A stretch of 63,914 nt of DNA, filler included, from Kipferlia bialata (taxonomy: Eukaryota), in assembly GCA_003568945.1 (NCBI GenBank). It is 4 parts of 4 records of this genome, joined end to end, with 100 filler letters (N's around TTAATTAATTAA, not from the genome) between each part and the next. Parts side by side here need not be neighbours in the genome. Positions count along the whole stretch, not along the records: positions 1 to 31,866 come from BDIP01000097.1; 3 more parts are not named here. The stretch is one strand, 5' to 3'. The position numbers and the translations under genes were made by a program. Below are positions 11,701 to 26,700 of this stretch, in pieces (positions within the stretch are counted from its first letter, which is position 1; the number at the start of each line of letters is the position of its first letter). The notes beneath the pieces were generated by a model that saw only the letters and a list, made by a program, of their open reading frames with translations, searched no databases and was not told the DNA's origin.

Positions 11701-14700
11701 GTCATGCGGCATGTGCTTGGCAATGCCAGCCTGGGGTAAGTAATGTAATGAAGGTACATTACAGAAATGTACCATACAGTTACAAGTACTGATGTAGACA
11801 GGTATGTACCCACCTTGATATTGGCCAGATGGGATAGGGCCGTCTCCCTGGTCTCCTGGGGCACATGGTCCCCAGACAGGTAGGCCTCATGGCTGGGGGT
11901 TGGGATAGGCAGTTGACATAATAGTAGTAATGTATAAAGAAGAAATAAGAGTCATGACATCTAAACCACATCTGGTAGACTCTAGTGTGCACGGCATATC
12001 CACCCCCACCTCTCCAATGCACCGAGGGCAGATGTCAGTTCCTCTCTCTGGGTGTGGTCCCTTCTGTAGTACCTGGGGTGGGATAAGATACAGAGAGACA
12101 TCGGTGTATACACGGCAGAGACTATCAACCTCCAGGTACTAGTGAGTATAGAGATGGAAGACAATACTCATACTTCAAGTATATGTATATACACTAGTGA
12201 CCACCACGTACCCTTCCATCGCACTCATTGCGAACGAGACATACTTGTCAAATTCGGGTGTGACCTCTGGGTGTAGGTGACACACGGCTGAGAACATACC
12301 AGCCACATGCCTGATGAACACCTGGAGAGGTAGAGAAGGGTGGTGCAGGTACGTAGTATATACTCTACACATATGACAGAATACCATACCTTGAACAGAC
12401 TGGGCTTGAGAGTGCCGCTGCCTCCGTACCGCTTCTGTAGGTACCTAGGAGGTCAGAGGGAGGAGGATGGGGATAGTGGATACACAGGGGATTAACCATG
12501 ATATGCACATGCTTACATACATCCATACATATAAATCTATATACACCCACCTGTACACCGGTGGACATGCATCGAGTAGGGAGCACATGGGGGAGGGGTA
12601 GGAGGTGTTGCAGTTGGCTCTAAGATGGGGCTCTGGGGGCTGGTGGGTGGTGACTATCACGGCCTGGGGGTGAGGGTGGGAAGGGCGGGACAAACAGCAT
12701 CGATACATCTTCTTCAGACTACGGTTGAGACTACTGACTACCGTACCAGGTGTTGTGCCCTCTTCATCATAGTCACTGTTAATGCAGTATCATAGTCACT
12801 ATTAATGTCACAATGACTAAGTGTATACATATATACATCCCCCCCACCAGGTGCTGTGCCATCTTCATGGTGAGTGTGCCAGAGTCAGGCTGGGGCAGGG
12901 GGTACTTCTCACCTACAGTAAGGGGGATCTCGAAAGCCTATATATAGAGAGACGTATACATCACATACCAAGTGCCATGTAGAGCTGGCCGAGGGCCGCC
13001 CTTGAGAACACCGGTGGCACTATGCCTGTCTGGAATGCTATGACGGTCTGGGCTAGGAGGGACGAGGAGGCCAGCATCTCACCTGGGGGTGAGGGAGAGA
13101 TGGAAGGTGTAGTAATTGATTAGCCAATGATCATAATGTGTCACCTAATCCATGCAACACGACCTGGTATGTGGAGTATGAATATAGTAACCAGAGTACC
13201 ATATATGTATGTACACACATCACCCCACCTGGAATGTGGAGGACGACCCTTGAGAAGAGTGTCCTGTCGCTCTGGTACTTGGAGGAGAGGGGACTGTTGA
13301 CGTCACCGTGGGGGAACACCTTGTAGGGGGGGACACACACCTCAGTGGCCACACCTGACCTGGGGGTGAGAGGGTACGGAGGGTATGTATACAGCGTTCC
13401 ATGCACTGCTCCCATATAATGATATGCCATGTATGGTGTATTACAGGTATGTCCTACCTCGAGTGGTTGACCAGGGGCAGTGCCATCTGGACTGGTAGTC
13501 CACAGGACAGGATGATGGACAGACGCACAAGGGCTGCTATTCTATCCTCCAGGGAGGGGAGGTGTAGAGCGGTCCACACAACATCCTAGGGTGGGAATAC
13601 CAAAGCTCATATACGTGATATACCAAGAACATATGTACGTCTGTACACATACACCCCCCTACCTGAATTGGCGACTCGTGTGACTCTGCTATCCCCAGGC
13701 CCCTCCTGAGTGTGTCCATGTCTATCACCAGCCTGGGCAGGTATCTCTCGTGCTGTGACCCAAAGAAGGACTGGCTGGACATACTTGTCACAGACGTGTG
13801 GTCTGTCACAGACGTGGCTGCCGTGTAGTTGCTGCCAAGGCTCTGACTGCTCCTCAGGGACCCCTGGGACGTCGTGTCCCAGTTCCTGTCAGCCCTCACG
13901 AGACTCGCAGAGGGACCGTCACTGGGGGTGAGACAAGGGGTAAATAGGGAGATGTATAGTACAGGGTCGCATATATAGATAGTGCAGGCTGGAAGTCAAT
14001 GCTTTACTTGAACACCCACCTCCCGGCCTGCATCATCAGAGAGTTGGTGTGGAGTGCGGCCTTTCTGATGGAGTTGGACTGTCTCTGGAACCCAGACGAG
14101 GCCATGTGGGTCAGGTTGACTGTACAGTGCAGGGTCTTGAACAGGAGCTGGGCTGAGGGGTACACGTCAGCGGTGTCCTGGGTGTGAGGATACGGGGTAA
14201 GAGGATATACCATTTGGGTATGGGAGGATTCAGTGGAATCCTTCTCTGTCATCTTGATGCTCTATATATGTATTGAGGTATACAATTACAGGTATCGATC
14301 CACTATACCACCCACCTTATCCAGCAGTGCCAGACACATAGTAGGCACTACCAACTCCCTGAGGCCTGAGGTCAGACCCACGTCCTCCACTGTGTTGGCC
14401 ACTGTGTTGTTGACAGCCAGCCAGCACTCAGTCTGCACAGCAGTCCTGGGGTAAGGAAAGAAACCATGTTGACATTGCAATATGATACCCACCTGAGCAC
14501 GTTGGGCACGATGTCTGGGTGTGTGGTCTCTAGGTCTGAGAGTACATTGGTCAAGGGGTACTGGTGCTTGAGAAGAGGGGAGAAACAGTCCGTGACCCGG
14601 TACACGCTGTTGGAGGCAGGTGCCTGGGGTGAGAAGATCACGAAGGAGAATAGAAACTCACCAAAGGAGTATTGTGATTTGGCAGAGAATAAACAATAGT

Positions 14701-17700
14701 GCGTACCCCCGGCCCACTCATGAGGCCTGAGAGGATGTCTGTCCTGCCCCTTCTGTCTGTGGGAGACACCCTGTGCTTGAGTAGATAGGCCTCGTCCTGG
14801 GGTCAGGAGAGGGGGGGGGGGGTTGGGATGCAGTGATGATGTGTACATTTGAGTGATGGCAACACTGTCGTATATACCTCGCTATGTGTGAGGCCCAGCT
14901 CCTCAAAGTGGTCGAAGCATGCCTTGGCCTCCATCCTCTGCCGCGGGGTGAGGGCCTCCCCAACACACCTGGGCATGAGACACACATAGACAGGGGTTAA
15001 TACGGGAGTACACACACACACATGCCTCTCTTACCTAGTTGTAGCCATGAGTAGAACGGCCGGAGAGGCATAGTACAGCGTGTCAGCTGTGCGGGTGGCC
15101 AGAAGACCAAGCCTAGAGGGTGAGACATGGGGTGTACACAAACGATGATATCATTTGGATATCATAAACCCATAGCACAGCCGTATTTATCTGCCATATC
15201 GGTATGATACCTCCGCATACTATCCATAATGGCCAGGGGAGACAGGTCGAGACAGTCTGCCAGACGGATCAAGGCCTGGGAGTCAGACAAGGTCATGGGT
15301 GACAAATGGCAGAGAAAGAAGCCCTTCTGTGAGTGTGAAAGTGATATCCATACAGTACGTACCGTGAGCAGAGCTGCCCTGAGTCCCTCAGGTGCAGTTG
15401 GCCTTAGGGGCACTGACTCAAACAGTGTCTGCAGCATAGCCATGTCAACCAGCTGGTCAGCGTTGAACACAAAGGCATAGGAGGGTAGGATGTGACAGGC
15501 TGCCTGGTCACCCGTGTCCCCATCGTCCTCTGCAGCACTGCCCCCTGACTCTGTGTCTATGAGCGTGGTGGCCTCACTGTCTGACATGGTCTCATGGGTC
15601 TCGCCATCATCGTCAGACACCATCTGGGGGGTGGGGGGGGGATTAGGGACTAACATATATGCACACACGAGGAAATATCGACGCAGAGACATCTAGAGCA
15701 TTAGTATACATCCATGCCCTCACCTGGAAGTGTGTCTCACAGACCAGGGATATGCCCTCCAGCCCCACCCTCCTGGAGCTGCAACAGAGACCATCGTCCT
15801 GAACATAAGGGGGAGTAACAACCACATAGTATCAGAGGATATAGAGTGTAAGGGAAAGATATCCCCAAGACTGATTTCCCCACACCATCCCGCACCTGCT
15901 CCACCTCCAGCATATCCTGTGCATTGTCCCTGCCTATGTAGTGGAGACCATCCCCCACACCCACGGACAGGTCAGCCACACACCTGGGGTGTCAGAAGGT
16001 TTGACAGATAGCATATCATGTATGTCCTATTTAGATGTATGAACTACACGTACACCGATCGAGAAACTGCCATCGCAAAGGTGTGGTCCTTCAACAGTCC
16101 CTCAGCCGCATGGGTGTCTGCCTTGGCTGCGTCTCTCTCCTTCTCTCTCTCTCTCTCCTTGTCAGTCACAGCTGTCCTGTGCTCATGGGCGTGGGTGTGC
16201 TTGTGACTGGTGCTGTCAAGGTCCAGGGACAGACATAAACAGTGGGAGAAGACAGGGACCAGCGTGCCTGGGGTGGGATAGGGTCACACAGTTAAGCGGA
16301 AGGATTACAACAGTACATAATCATGTACAAGAGTTGCGGTTGTAAACTCCCCCGTACCATCTGATGCCCTTGTCGTGTGGTTGCTGAGCCCTGCTGTGTG
16401 TGTGTCCCCTGCCACAGACACATCTGCCAGGTGGTGGCAGAAGGGGGGCAGTAGGTTACCAGCAGCGTGTACCGCCCATGTCTTGCCAACCCTCCTACCA
16501 CTGGTCAGGACAGCAGGCACACCGAATGTCATACAGGCTGCTAGACCGTGACAGAAGGCACGGTTGGTGGGGGTGAGGACAGGGGGGAGGGTCCACCTGG
16601 GGTGAGGGGGAGGCTAGGGGGAGAACTGTTCCCATAGCAGTAGTGAACACCAACTCAAGACCTTGGGAGGTTACAACTACACACTGCCACCGATACCTGG
16701 GGTGTGTCATGAAGAACTCGTCCACTGCCACTGGGTCTCTGAGGGTGTACAGCTCCATCTGGCAATCGTCGGGGTTGAACCTGGGGGTTGGTACGCAAGA
16801 GAGTACTATCATATGCAGAAATCCAACGTATGACACACTAGAGCTATTGATTCACCCACCTCAGAGCCTCAAATGCCTCTGGTTCAAGCCCCTCTGGGAA
16901 GCAGTCACAGATGGCCTGGTGGGACACATCCACAAACCCAGCATGGGTGGCCCTGAGAGAGTCCAGAGCATGCTCCTGGGGTGTGAGGAGGGAGGTAGGG
17001 GGTAGGCAGAGGGGTAAGGAAGACCTATTGTCCACACACATATGTGGCTATCCCATAGTAGCCACCGATGGCCCACCTGTGTAGTGATGTCGACCATTGT
17101 GTTGTATATGTCGGGGCTGTAACAGACCCTCAGGGCGGACAGGACAGAGTAGGATGAGTACACTGGGGGTGAGGGACCAGAAGGGGGAAGACCTGATATA
17201 GAAACAACCATGAATGTAGATACCACTCACCACATGCAAATGCGGCCATGAAGAGAGACACCGAGTGCCCCATTGGGCTGTCTGACCCAAAGGAAGAGAA
17301 GAAGACGGGTGATGGGTGTACATGCATGACTGGGCCTAGGGGGTCAGAAGGAGGTGGGAGGGAGAGTCGGTCTCATTCACAATATATATTGATACAGGAA
17401 ACAGCCATGACCAACAACCAATACTCATGCCTCGTACCTACGTTGGGGAGGCTGAACACCCCTGTGTCTGCATGTAACTGGGGCACATGGATACGGCCAT
17501 TCTCGGCATCGCCTAGCGATTAGAGGTCCGATAACACAATACTGAAGAAGCATCATGTATCCCTGTGATATCTATCTATAGATATATACATGCGGTTGCC
17601 ACTCTCTACCCATCTGCCCCCCACCTGTCTGTATGTCTGAGGGGTGGGGTCTCAGGACCACCGCACCCCACTCAGAGAGGGTCCACATGCAGAGAGCCTG

Positions 17701-20700
17701 AGGGGTGAGGAATGGGGGTGGGGGCTATAGTATATTACACAGCCCATAGAGTGTAAGTCCATGATCTATACATCCACCCACCTGCATGAATGAGCCCTGC
17801 AGGCCTGTGAGTTCCACCCCCAGGGCACTGTCGAGTATCTCCACAAACCGTGACACAGCACCGAGGAAGAAGGCAAAGGAGTCGGTCGTGTCTGGGGGTG
17901 GGAGGATGGAATGCGATAGCATACTAATCATTACATACATACATCCACCCTGTCCGTACCTGCAATATCTGGTGTTGTGCCTGTGCTATGCTCCAGGGCA
18001 TGGGTGAATGCACGGGTCAGTCTCAGGGCGTCCACACCCACCCGAAGGTGGTGGCATCTGGGCAGTCAGAAGACATAAAGATGAAATAGTATGTAGAGTG
18101 TGTAACTACACTGAACAATGCTAGAGCACTCTATCCCCCCTAACCTGAAGTGTGTGTGAGTGGGTGCCGTTGGACTGATGTATATGCACCGGTGTGTGAT
18201 CTCATGCTTCCCCAGCATGGCGTGTGTCGCATGGTCCCTGTCCCCATGTCTGCCAGTATGGAGACCATGCCTGTCGAAGGACATGTCGATGATCTGGGGG
18301 GTGAGCAAGTAGGGGACAGTTAGAATATATACACATGTCAATATACACGTGTCAGTACATACCTCCCACACCCCCTGGGGCACTGTGGAGTGGTACATGT
18401 CCTCAGGGTGTAGTCTGACAACACACTCCTTGTGGGCTAGATGGGCTGCATGCTCGGCAACAGCACGGGCAATGTGCACACAGTCACTGGGGTGAGAGTG
18501 TGTATAGATTAGCATGACTCCATGTATGTATACATCACTCTCTACAGAGACATACCTCTGCACCCACACCATTGATGCATCTCCCTCCATCAGTGCACAC
18601 ATACACTTGGCAGTATAGACACCTATGCCAGACAGAAGACCATGGCCTGGCAGTCAGGAAATAGAGCAAGGAGATGGTATCGTAATCGTACATAAGAGAG
18701 CAATACTCGATAGTGAAACTATCTAGTGCCTATCCACCCACCTTCGCCATAGTCGAGATCTCCAGCCCCAGTGTAGCTAGACCCAAATGCTGCTGCCACA
18801 GCATAGTGGAGTCCTTCCCTGGCATCTGGGGCAAAGGAGACTGGGAGTCAGGGGGTGAGGGCAGAGACAGAGACGGTGGTTGCATGATTTACATATATGA
18901 CCCTAGTAAGGCACCTGAGAGGTACTTGAGAATGGCTGTCTCTGGGGTGTCGACTCCATGCCTGCCCCTCTCTCTCTCTCTCTCCCCCTCACTGACACTG
19001 CTCTCATCGTCATACCGGTCCCCCTCCTCCATGCCACCAAGGTCGAGGCCCTGGGCGGTGCTGGGTCAGGGAGGGATATTGGTATATAGTAATCAGGACG
19101 GTACACAAATACTGAGATAGATATACAAATAGTATGGGCAGCATTGAAGTCGGGAGGTCACAGACATCGATAAGTGAGAGGTAGTATAGCCCCTAATACC
19201 TGATGCGCATGGCCACTGCAACGTCACTAGGCTCCAGGAAGAGCTGTCATGAGTCATGGGAGTGAGGAGTTTCTCTTTCAATGTACACCAAGTCTATGTA
19301 ATGTGCATATGTGTGGTGAAGTTGAAACTGTCAATGCCCCCAATACAGCAGACTCCACCTGTGTGCCGCTCTGGGCGTATGTGTTGCGAAGGGCCAGGCA
19401 TGGTCTGCCCGTGCTCTTGGGTATGTATCTGAGACGCTCAGGGGGTGGGCGGATGTCAATGTATCTGGGAGTCAGACACACAAAGAGAGATACAACCCAG
19501 AATTCAGTATATGGCCCTGTAAACTAAGCTTATTCGCTAATGCTTCGTATATCCTCCATAAGCTTCACTTCCCAATCCATCCATACCTGATCAACCCGTT
19601 CTGGGGCATGTCCTTGGGTACAATGAAGGGGCCTGGGGGTCAGGGGGGTAGGATATAAGAAAGGATGACGTGGTAGAGGAATATCCACGCCCACAAAGAA
19701 GCAGCAGAGAATGTGTGAATACACCCACTGTTCCCAACCAATGGTCCATACCTGGTACAAGCACTGGCAGGTACACGAGGAGTGTCCCAACCGAGTGCTC
19801 ACTGGGGTGTGCCTGTCCCTTGCCTAGGGGGGGACGCACCACACACAGATCAGTATCAGTGGACTAGAGGTGAGGATGAGATAGGAGGGTTATGGTCTCT
19901 ACTATACACCCACCTGTAGGTATGGCCTCTCTGGCCCCGATGCATAAGGCATCTCCCCCCCAGCATGCAGTGTCTGTGCTATAGTACCTACCATGTCAAC
20001 ATGGCCGGTGGGGGCACTCTCAAGACCTGTGGGGTTAGAGAGAATAATAATATAGTCACATTCACATAGTAGACTGACACTCACCCACTAGCAGCACGCA
20101 GTGTCCCTCCAGGAGTAGGTTGCTTAGTTGACAGGCCATGTCTGCGGGGTCTCTGTGCTGGGTGGCACACACGACACACAGGCTGTTGCCAAGGAACCTG
20201 GCCAGCTGACAGTGAGGGTAAACGTATTTATGTATACATAGAGACATAGAGGGACGACTATAACAGTATATGAGTCTGTGTCCGTACCGTGCATATGTAG
20301 CTGGTGGTATCTGGCAGTGATGCAGTGAGTGATGCACACAGGCCAGCCGTGACACCCCTACCCAGTAGGGACATGAGCTGGGGCGTGGCATAGTCTGTAC
20401 GGCAGTGGTCATCCCTGGAGAAGCCTGGAGGTAGGAGGGTATGGAGTAGTGTATATGGAATACACTGTATATACACACATCTGCCCATACCGTGAGGTGG
20501 CAGCTCTGCCTGTGTGACGGCCCCCAGCCAGTCATATCCAAAGTGTCGGAGGTGCACACCCAGGGAGGATATGCACAGGGGGGCCTGGGGGTGGGTATGT
20601 TGGTGATTCTGTATCGATTGTACATATAGATACATGTACCTTGTCGCTGTACATGTATCTGCTGAGACACATGGCAGACAGCACAGGCTGGTACACACCA

Positions 20701-23700
20701 GAGGCACTAGACTCAAGGTCAGTGTCGGTGGGGTTATCAGTGTGGGCATCTGGGCTGTATGTGCAGTTGTTGAGCCACTTCTCTGGTGTCATGGGAAGAC
20801 GTGGTATTCATATACATAAAGAGAATTCACAAGGGCACCAAATACTACTAATACACAACTCAAACCAACCCACACATCCCTCCACCCCTACCTGCCCAGT
20901 GCGTGACATACTCATAGACATGCACCCTAGGATGGTCCAGGGGTATAGTCAGCTGGGCCAGGCACTCCTGCCCTGCTGTCTTGATAGCAGATGGGGCATC
21001 GTGTAGATCACAGGAGAAACATGCCTAAGAGTGGGAGGTATGAGAGGTATGAAGGGACATTGTAGATGACGAAAGGTACGTACCCTCCTGAGCGTATCGT
21101 GTAGCCACGTACTCACTCCCACAAACTGTGCATGGAAGGGTCTAGCCCAGAAGGCTGTCATGTCACCTGGGAGTGAGTAAGGGTGGATGTGATATGTCGG
21201 CAATTCGTCAGGCGTGTATGTATGACACCGGCCGCACCCTCCTCTAGTTCCTGTATGGCCATGTCACACTCATGTCTGAAGGCATCTCTCATGGGCTGTC
21301 TCACAACCCTAGCGGTCAGATAATGGGACATGACTGGGGATATGCAGATATATGGAGTGAACTCAGAATGGAACCAGCAAGGCATCTGCACCCACCTGGC
21401 CAGCAGCCCCCTGACCCTGGGTAGGTCCACAGGGGACAGCAGGTGGAGGACCTCAGTGCGGGTGGGGTCGCGTACACAGGAGGTGAGGCCTGGGGTGAGG
21501 GGTAACACAACGCAGAGATGGATAGAAAGAGGGATAAATAGCCTAGACTACAGGATGATACACCATGTACATATCTAGACCATCCCCACCTGTAATCACC
21601 CACTTTGTCTCTCTGTCTGCCTCCCCCTCACTGTCATATGCATCACTGTCCTCCGTGTCTGTGTCCATACAAGGGCCAGAGACTAGGGGGCCATCGATGT
21701 GTACAGGAGACACGATGAATCTGGGGTGGGAGAGAGAGAGAGGAGGAGTGTAGAAGTCGTCGTAGAAAGTACAGGAACATTCACATGCATATTTCAATAT
21801 ATACACCCGTACCCGTCGATGTGGAAGAGGGACAGGGGAGCAATTGCATGGAACATGTCTTGGGTGTCACACAAGGGGACAAGGTGGGGAGGGGTGTGTG
21901 CGAGGTGGGGGGTCTAGGGTGAGGAAGGCACTCTCACTAGATATACATGTACTGATACTGATATCACCTATACTCATTGGTAACATAACCGTATACATAC
22001 CCATACACATCCCATACCTCCATGTAGTGTGCATTGTCCGGTACAGTCATGAGGCCCCTGATAGTGTGTCTCTGGGGGACATCATCCCCCTCGCCCACAC
22101 TACCCTCTGCCTCTGCCTCTGTCTCTCCGTCTATGACACAGGCCAGGGACTGGTGCATGTGCCGGGCCTGGGGGTGAGGGGGAGGTGATGCTAATGCGTG
22201 TATTTACCAGGCAATAACCCAAAACAAAAACACCCACCTGTATGCGATGTACCACTGGTGTGAGTGAGCATATCAGGCCATGCACCCCTTCTGCCAGGTC
22301 ACTGTCCATGAGTACATCCAGTAGTCTGGCCCTGGCCCTACCGGACACACTGCGCCTAAGGAGGTACCACTGGAGGTGAGGCACTGCCAAGAGATGGGTA
22401 GATACATGGGGTACAGGGTACCTTTCTAACTGCGTGGTGGTATATGTGCTTGTTCCTCTCGTTGCCAGATGGTGACACCAGCAGATGCCCTAAGGACAGG
22501 TACTGCTGGGCATGGAGCAGAAGGGAGCCTGGGGTGAGGGGCAACATCTATCTCATATATAGTACATCACACATCATACATCTTTACCTGTGTGCATGGC
22601 CCATAGTGCAGTACGCTCCAGCTGTCTGGCCCTGGCCGTGATGGACAGGGGGTACTGGGACCCAACGTCCCTGGGGGTGAGACGGACAGGGGTGTGAAAT
22701 GTATGCTGGGGTACATACATATACGCAGTTACATAGCAGGCTGACGTGCTCACCTCTGCACAAATAGGATAATGGATCGCAGGGTGTCGAAGAATGAGTC
22801 TGGGAGTGGGAACCCGTCCTGTAGCACCTAGGGGTAAGGGGGTGGGTATGGGTAGTAGCATGTTAAGCACCAGTGGGTATACAGTCTGTCTGCACTGCTG
22901 TGTGTACCTTCTCCTGTGCCACCTCTGCTGTCCATGTCTCCATGGCAGTGTCACACGCATCAAGGCGGGTCTCAACCTTGGGTGAGGGGGTACAGAAGTA
23001 GACCGTAACATTCTGAAGCCACATCAGAGCCCGTACCTCAGCCTCTGCCTCTGCCTCCTGCACAGCCTGTGTCACTGTGTCTAGCATAGACAGGGCACCC
23101 GCAGAGAGTAGGTCCCCACACGTCACAGACCCTAGCCTGACAGTCAGACAACTGAATGTACTGGTAAATGTACATAACTATATACACACCTAAGCACTGG
23201 CAGCCCTGTCTCACTCTCCAGTACATCCAGGTGCCTCTGCTGCAGGGCGGGTGAGGCTAGCAGACACACCAACTCAATGGTCGGCATGAGGGCACGGCGC
23301 TTACTGGGGGTCAGGGGGGGTGAAGGGACATATATACATTCTAAGGGTGTATCACTACCTGTGCAAGGCCTGGGAGAAGGTGAGGTTGGGGTGCCTCTCG
23401 ACACCTCCTCTGGCGCGACCCACCCCCTCTCCCTCTCCCTCTCCTTCTCCCTGTGTCTCTGTCTCCTCCGTGCCTAGGTATGCGTCGTGCATCTCATGCA
23501 CACACTCACCCATGCTGGACAGGGTCTGGGGGGAGGGGGAGAGGGAAGGAAGCGGGGAGACGTAGTAACACAGAAAATCCACAACGCCATAATCCCATCA
23601 TGTACCCTACACATACACCCACCTCCTTCAGGTTCTGTGGGTCCAGGTCCTGCACAGGCACAGATGAGAGACCGACCTCAAAGGCAGAGGCATCCCTCAG

Positions 23701-26700
23701 CAGAGACAGACACCTGGGGTGGGAGAGATACATACAAGTACACCCTCGTGGTAGAAATTACGGATGTGAATACCGCAACTTATGTTGTATGTCTCTGCCT
23801 ACCTGTGGAGCAGTGATGGGTGCCCAGGGACAGACATGAGGGGGTCAGTGAGGGGGTCGGTAGGAGACTCACCCCCAGTGGCAGTGAGACTGAGTGCCAT
23901 AGTGGGACTGGGTGTGGGTGTGTGTCCCAGCATGTCCTGCCACTCAGACAGGACAGAGGCACAGCGGGTGGCACCACTGGCAGTTAGGGGTGTATTTACA
24001 TAGAGATACAGATATCACATGGCACCACCATACACAACCACACAATAGAAAGAATGGACACGAATGATAGTACACATGCCAGCGTACCCTATTGCCTGAA
24101 CCAGTTCACCAAGGACCTCACACAGAGACACGTCACATCTGGAGTGAGATGTGATAGTGGTGTGAAAACAGGAGGGCGAGAACGTATGTTAAAACTATGG
24201 TTGGCAGGGACTGAAATGTAATGTATATCAGAGATACCCACCTCTTCTTCGGCCTTGTGTATGGCACAAATGCCTTGTTAGGCGTAGCGTTCTGCATGCC
24301 CATACACCCAACTGAGGCGGATACGATGCCCAGGGACCTAGGCAGCAGAACAGCAGATGTAGGGGCCCCACCCTGTGCTGTGACAGGTAGGCCTGACAGT
24401 ACCTCCAAGGCTAGGACTAGACCGGACTCAGCGATGAAGGTGTCAACTCCTGCGGTGAGATACTATGTACATTTACGAAGAGCTGCCACTATCCGCCTCA
24501 CCTTCGGCTGACCCCTCGTCTCCACTGACCACTAGAAGTGGAGAGGCTGGGAATACTATGGGGGAGAATGCGGCTACAACGGCATCGGGGCTGTCCTCCA
24601 CACCCCTCTCCTCCATACCAGTGTCTGGGTTAGAGGGGTACATACATGGTACACATAGTGAGTGATGCATAGTGAGAGACCACCCACCCTGCAGATATGC
24701 CTGTGCCAGAGTAGATGACAACCCTGACACGGCACGGCACTTGGACACAAGCTCGCTGGGAGTGAGACATCCATGTATAAACATATAGGGCATGAATCAG
24801 ACAGGACCGAAAGGAAGATGCGTGGCAAGAATTGAGATCTCGCCATGACCCTGTAGGCACCCCAACCTTGACAGGCCCTTGAGCCACACATCGAGACACT
24901 GCATCTGGTGCATCATCCTCTGGTGGACAGTGGCGGTGGAGGTCTCTAGGGCCTGGGGTCAGAGGCAGGGAATGCAACATATATACATGTACATATATAG
25001 CAGAGCCGACTCAGAGATACGTACACTGAGTGAGGACGGCAGGTGTGTGACAAAGGATGTGACTCTGGCTATGTTGACGTGGGTGTCTATGGGCACTAGG
25101 CACCCATCTGTCAACAGGGTGTCACAGTACACACGCAACAACTCCACACAGGCCTCCCAGTCGCCTGGGGGTGAGGGGTATTGATAAGGGATAGAGACAT
25201 TACAGGTTATATACACATAATATATACAAACAAGTACACAGATTAATTGTGTATGGGTGCTACCATTACATACCTAGGGCCTGGGTGAGCGTCTCTAAGA
25301 GACGCTGCACTGCCTGTAGCTCTGAGGGATATCGGATATCGGCAGTCAGGGACTGGGGTGAGTGGTGATACATACTAGTTTCTATGTGTACAATAACAAT
25401 GACTCCATACATCCTCATACCTTGTTCACTGCCTGAGCTGTCCTAAGGGCACAGAGCGTGGCCTCACCCAGCAGCTGACAGTGCCTGTAAGGTAAGTATG
25501 GAATAGACACAGTGCACTGAACCCTCCCCTCCCTACCTGTCCCTGGACTCCATCCTGCCCCTGTGCAGTGTATCTAGCATGGCTGTCTTGGCAGCAGTCA
25601 GGTCAGACATGCCTCCTGGGGTGAGGAGGGAGAAACTACTGGACAGGGCCATATATCACAGAGGTTTCATATTACTATATGTCTAAATGCCTAGGGCCAA
25701 CTGGGAAGGTACACACCTCCATAGTACGCAGTCTCGGGTAGGGAGAGTATGAATCCTTCGAAGTCTTGGAGGACGGCCTGGGGTTGGTGACGATGGTAAT
25801 GCATGGACATTAGCAGAGGGCCTACCGTACTCAGATACACCCACTCTCACCTTCTCAGCGGCACAGACCTCTCTTGACAGTGCACTGTCCAGGATAGAAG
25901 GGGGGTAGAGCACCCTATCCCCCCCATCCTTGACTGTGTCTCCCCCTGCCTGTCTCATACAAGAGAACAGGGCAGCGTACCCCCCCTCCACCCCAGTCAG
26001 GGATAGGAGGGCATGGTCGGACAGACAAAGGGGCTGGTTCAGACGCTGGGGTGAGACACATAGGCCAAGGAATCAGGGAGATAGAACACACATACGAGGC
26101 CTAGTAGTACCTTCTCTATGGCCTGTGTCAGACACCTATGGGTCTGCAGCATGGGGGGTATCACTCGGCAGTAGGGGGCCCCTGGGTGAGAGGGGTAGTC
26201 GCACTATAGAACAAGGTGTCTGCATAGGATGGTAAACATGTGTGGTCTTCAGAGATAACAAGGTATCCGAGAGAAGTGGATCCAAACCCACTCACTTAGG
26301 GCATCTGCGTAGCTAGGCATGCACTGTGTGAGTGGCAGTGTCTCAGTGGGTGAGTGCACTGAGGGGTCATGGGTGCACTGCCACACACTGGGAGTCAGAG
26401 GGGGGATGCATACTTGGACAGAGTAGTGAGGGTATCAATACATCTTAACACACCTGAACGACTTCATGAGTGCCCACATCCCCCTCTCCATCACTTCAGG
26501 CGCCTGTTCCTTCGTGAGGGGTCCCGTCACCTCCCATAGGACATGTCCATCACCAGTGTCTGGGTCGGTGTCTGTATGTGTATGGGTGTCCTCATGTGCA
26601 GATAGACTAGGGTGGACAGGCAGCACATACACAGGGTACTTGGGGACAGGGGCCACAGTCACAGAGGGGGGAGACCCATCTATACCAGGGGTCACTACCT

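Noticed and set aside
19245..19267. Second possible CAT acceptor (ctcactcccat) in the dynein gene
   Set aside because: Phase tracing through the neighbouring exons is satisfied by the canonical ctcatgacag acceptor just downstream.
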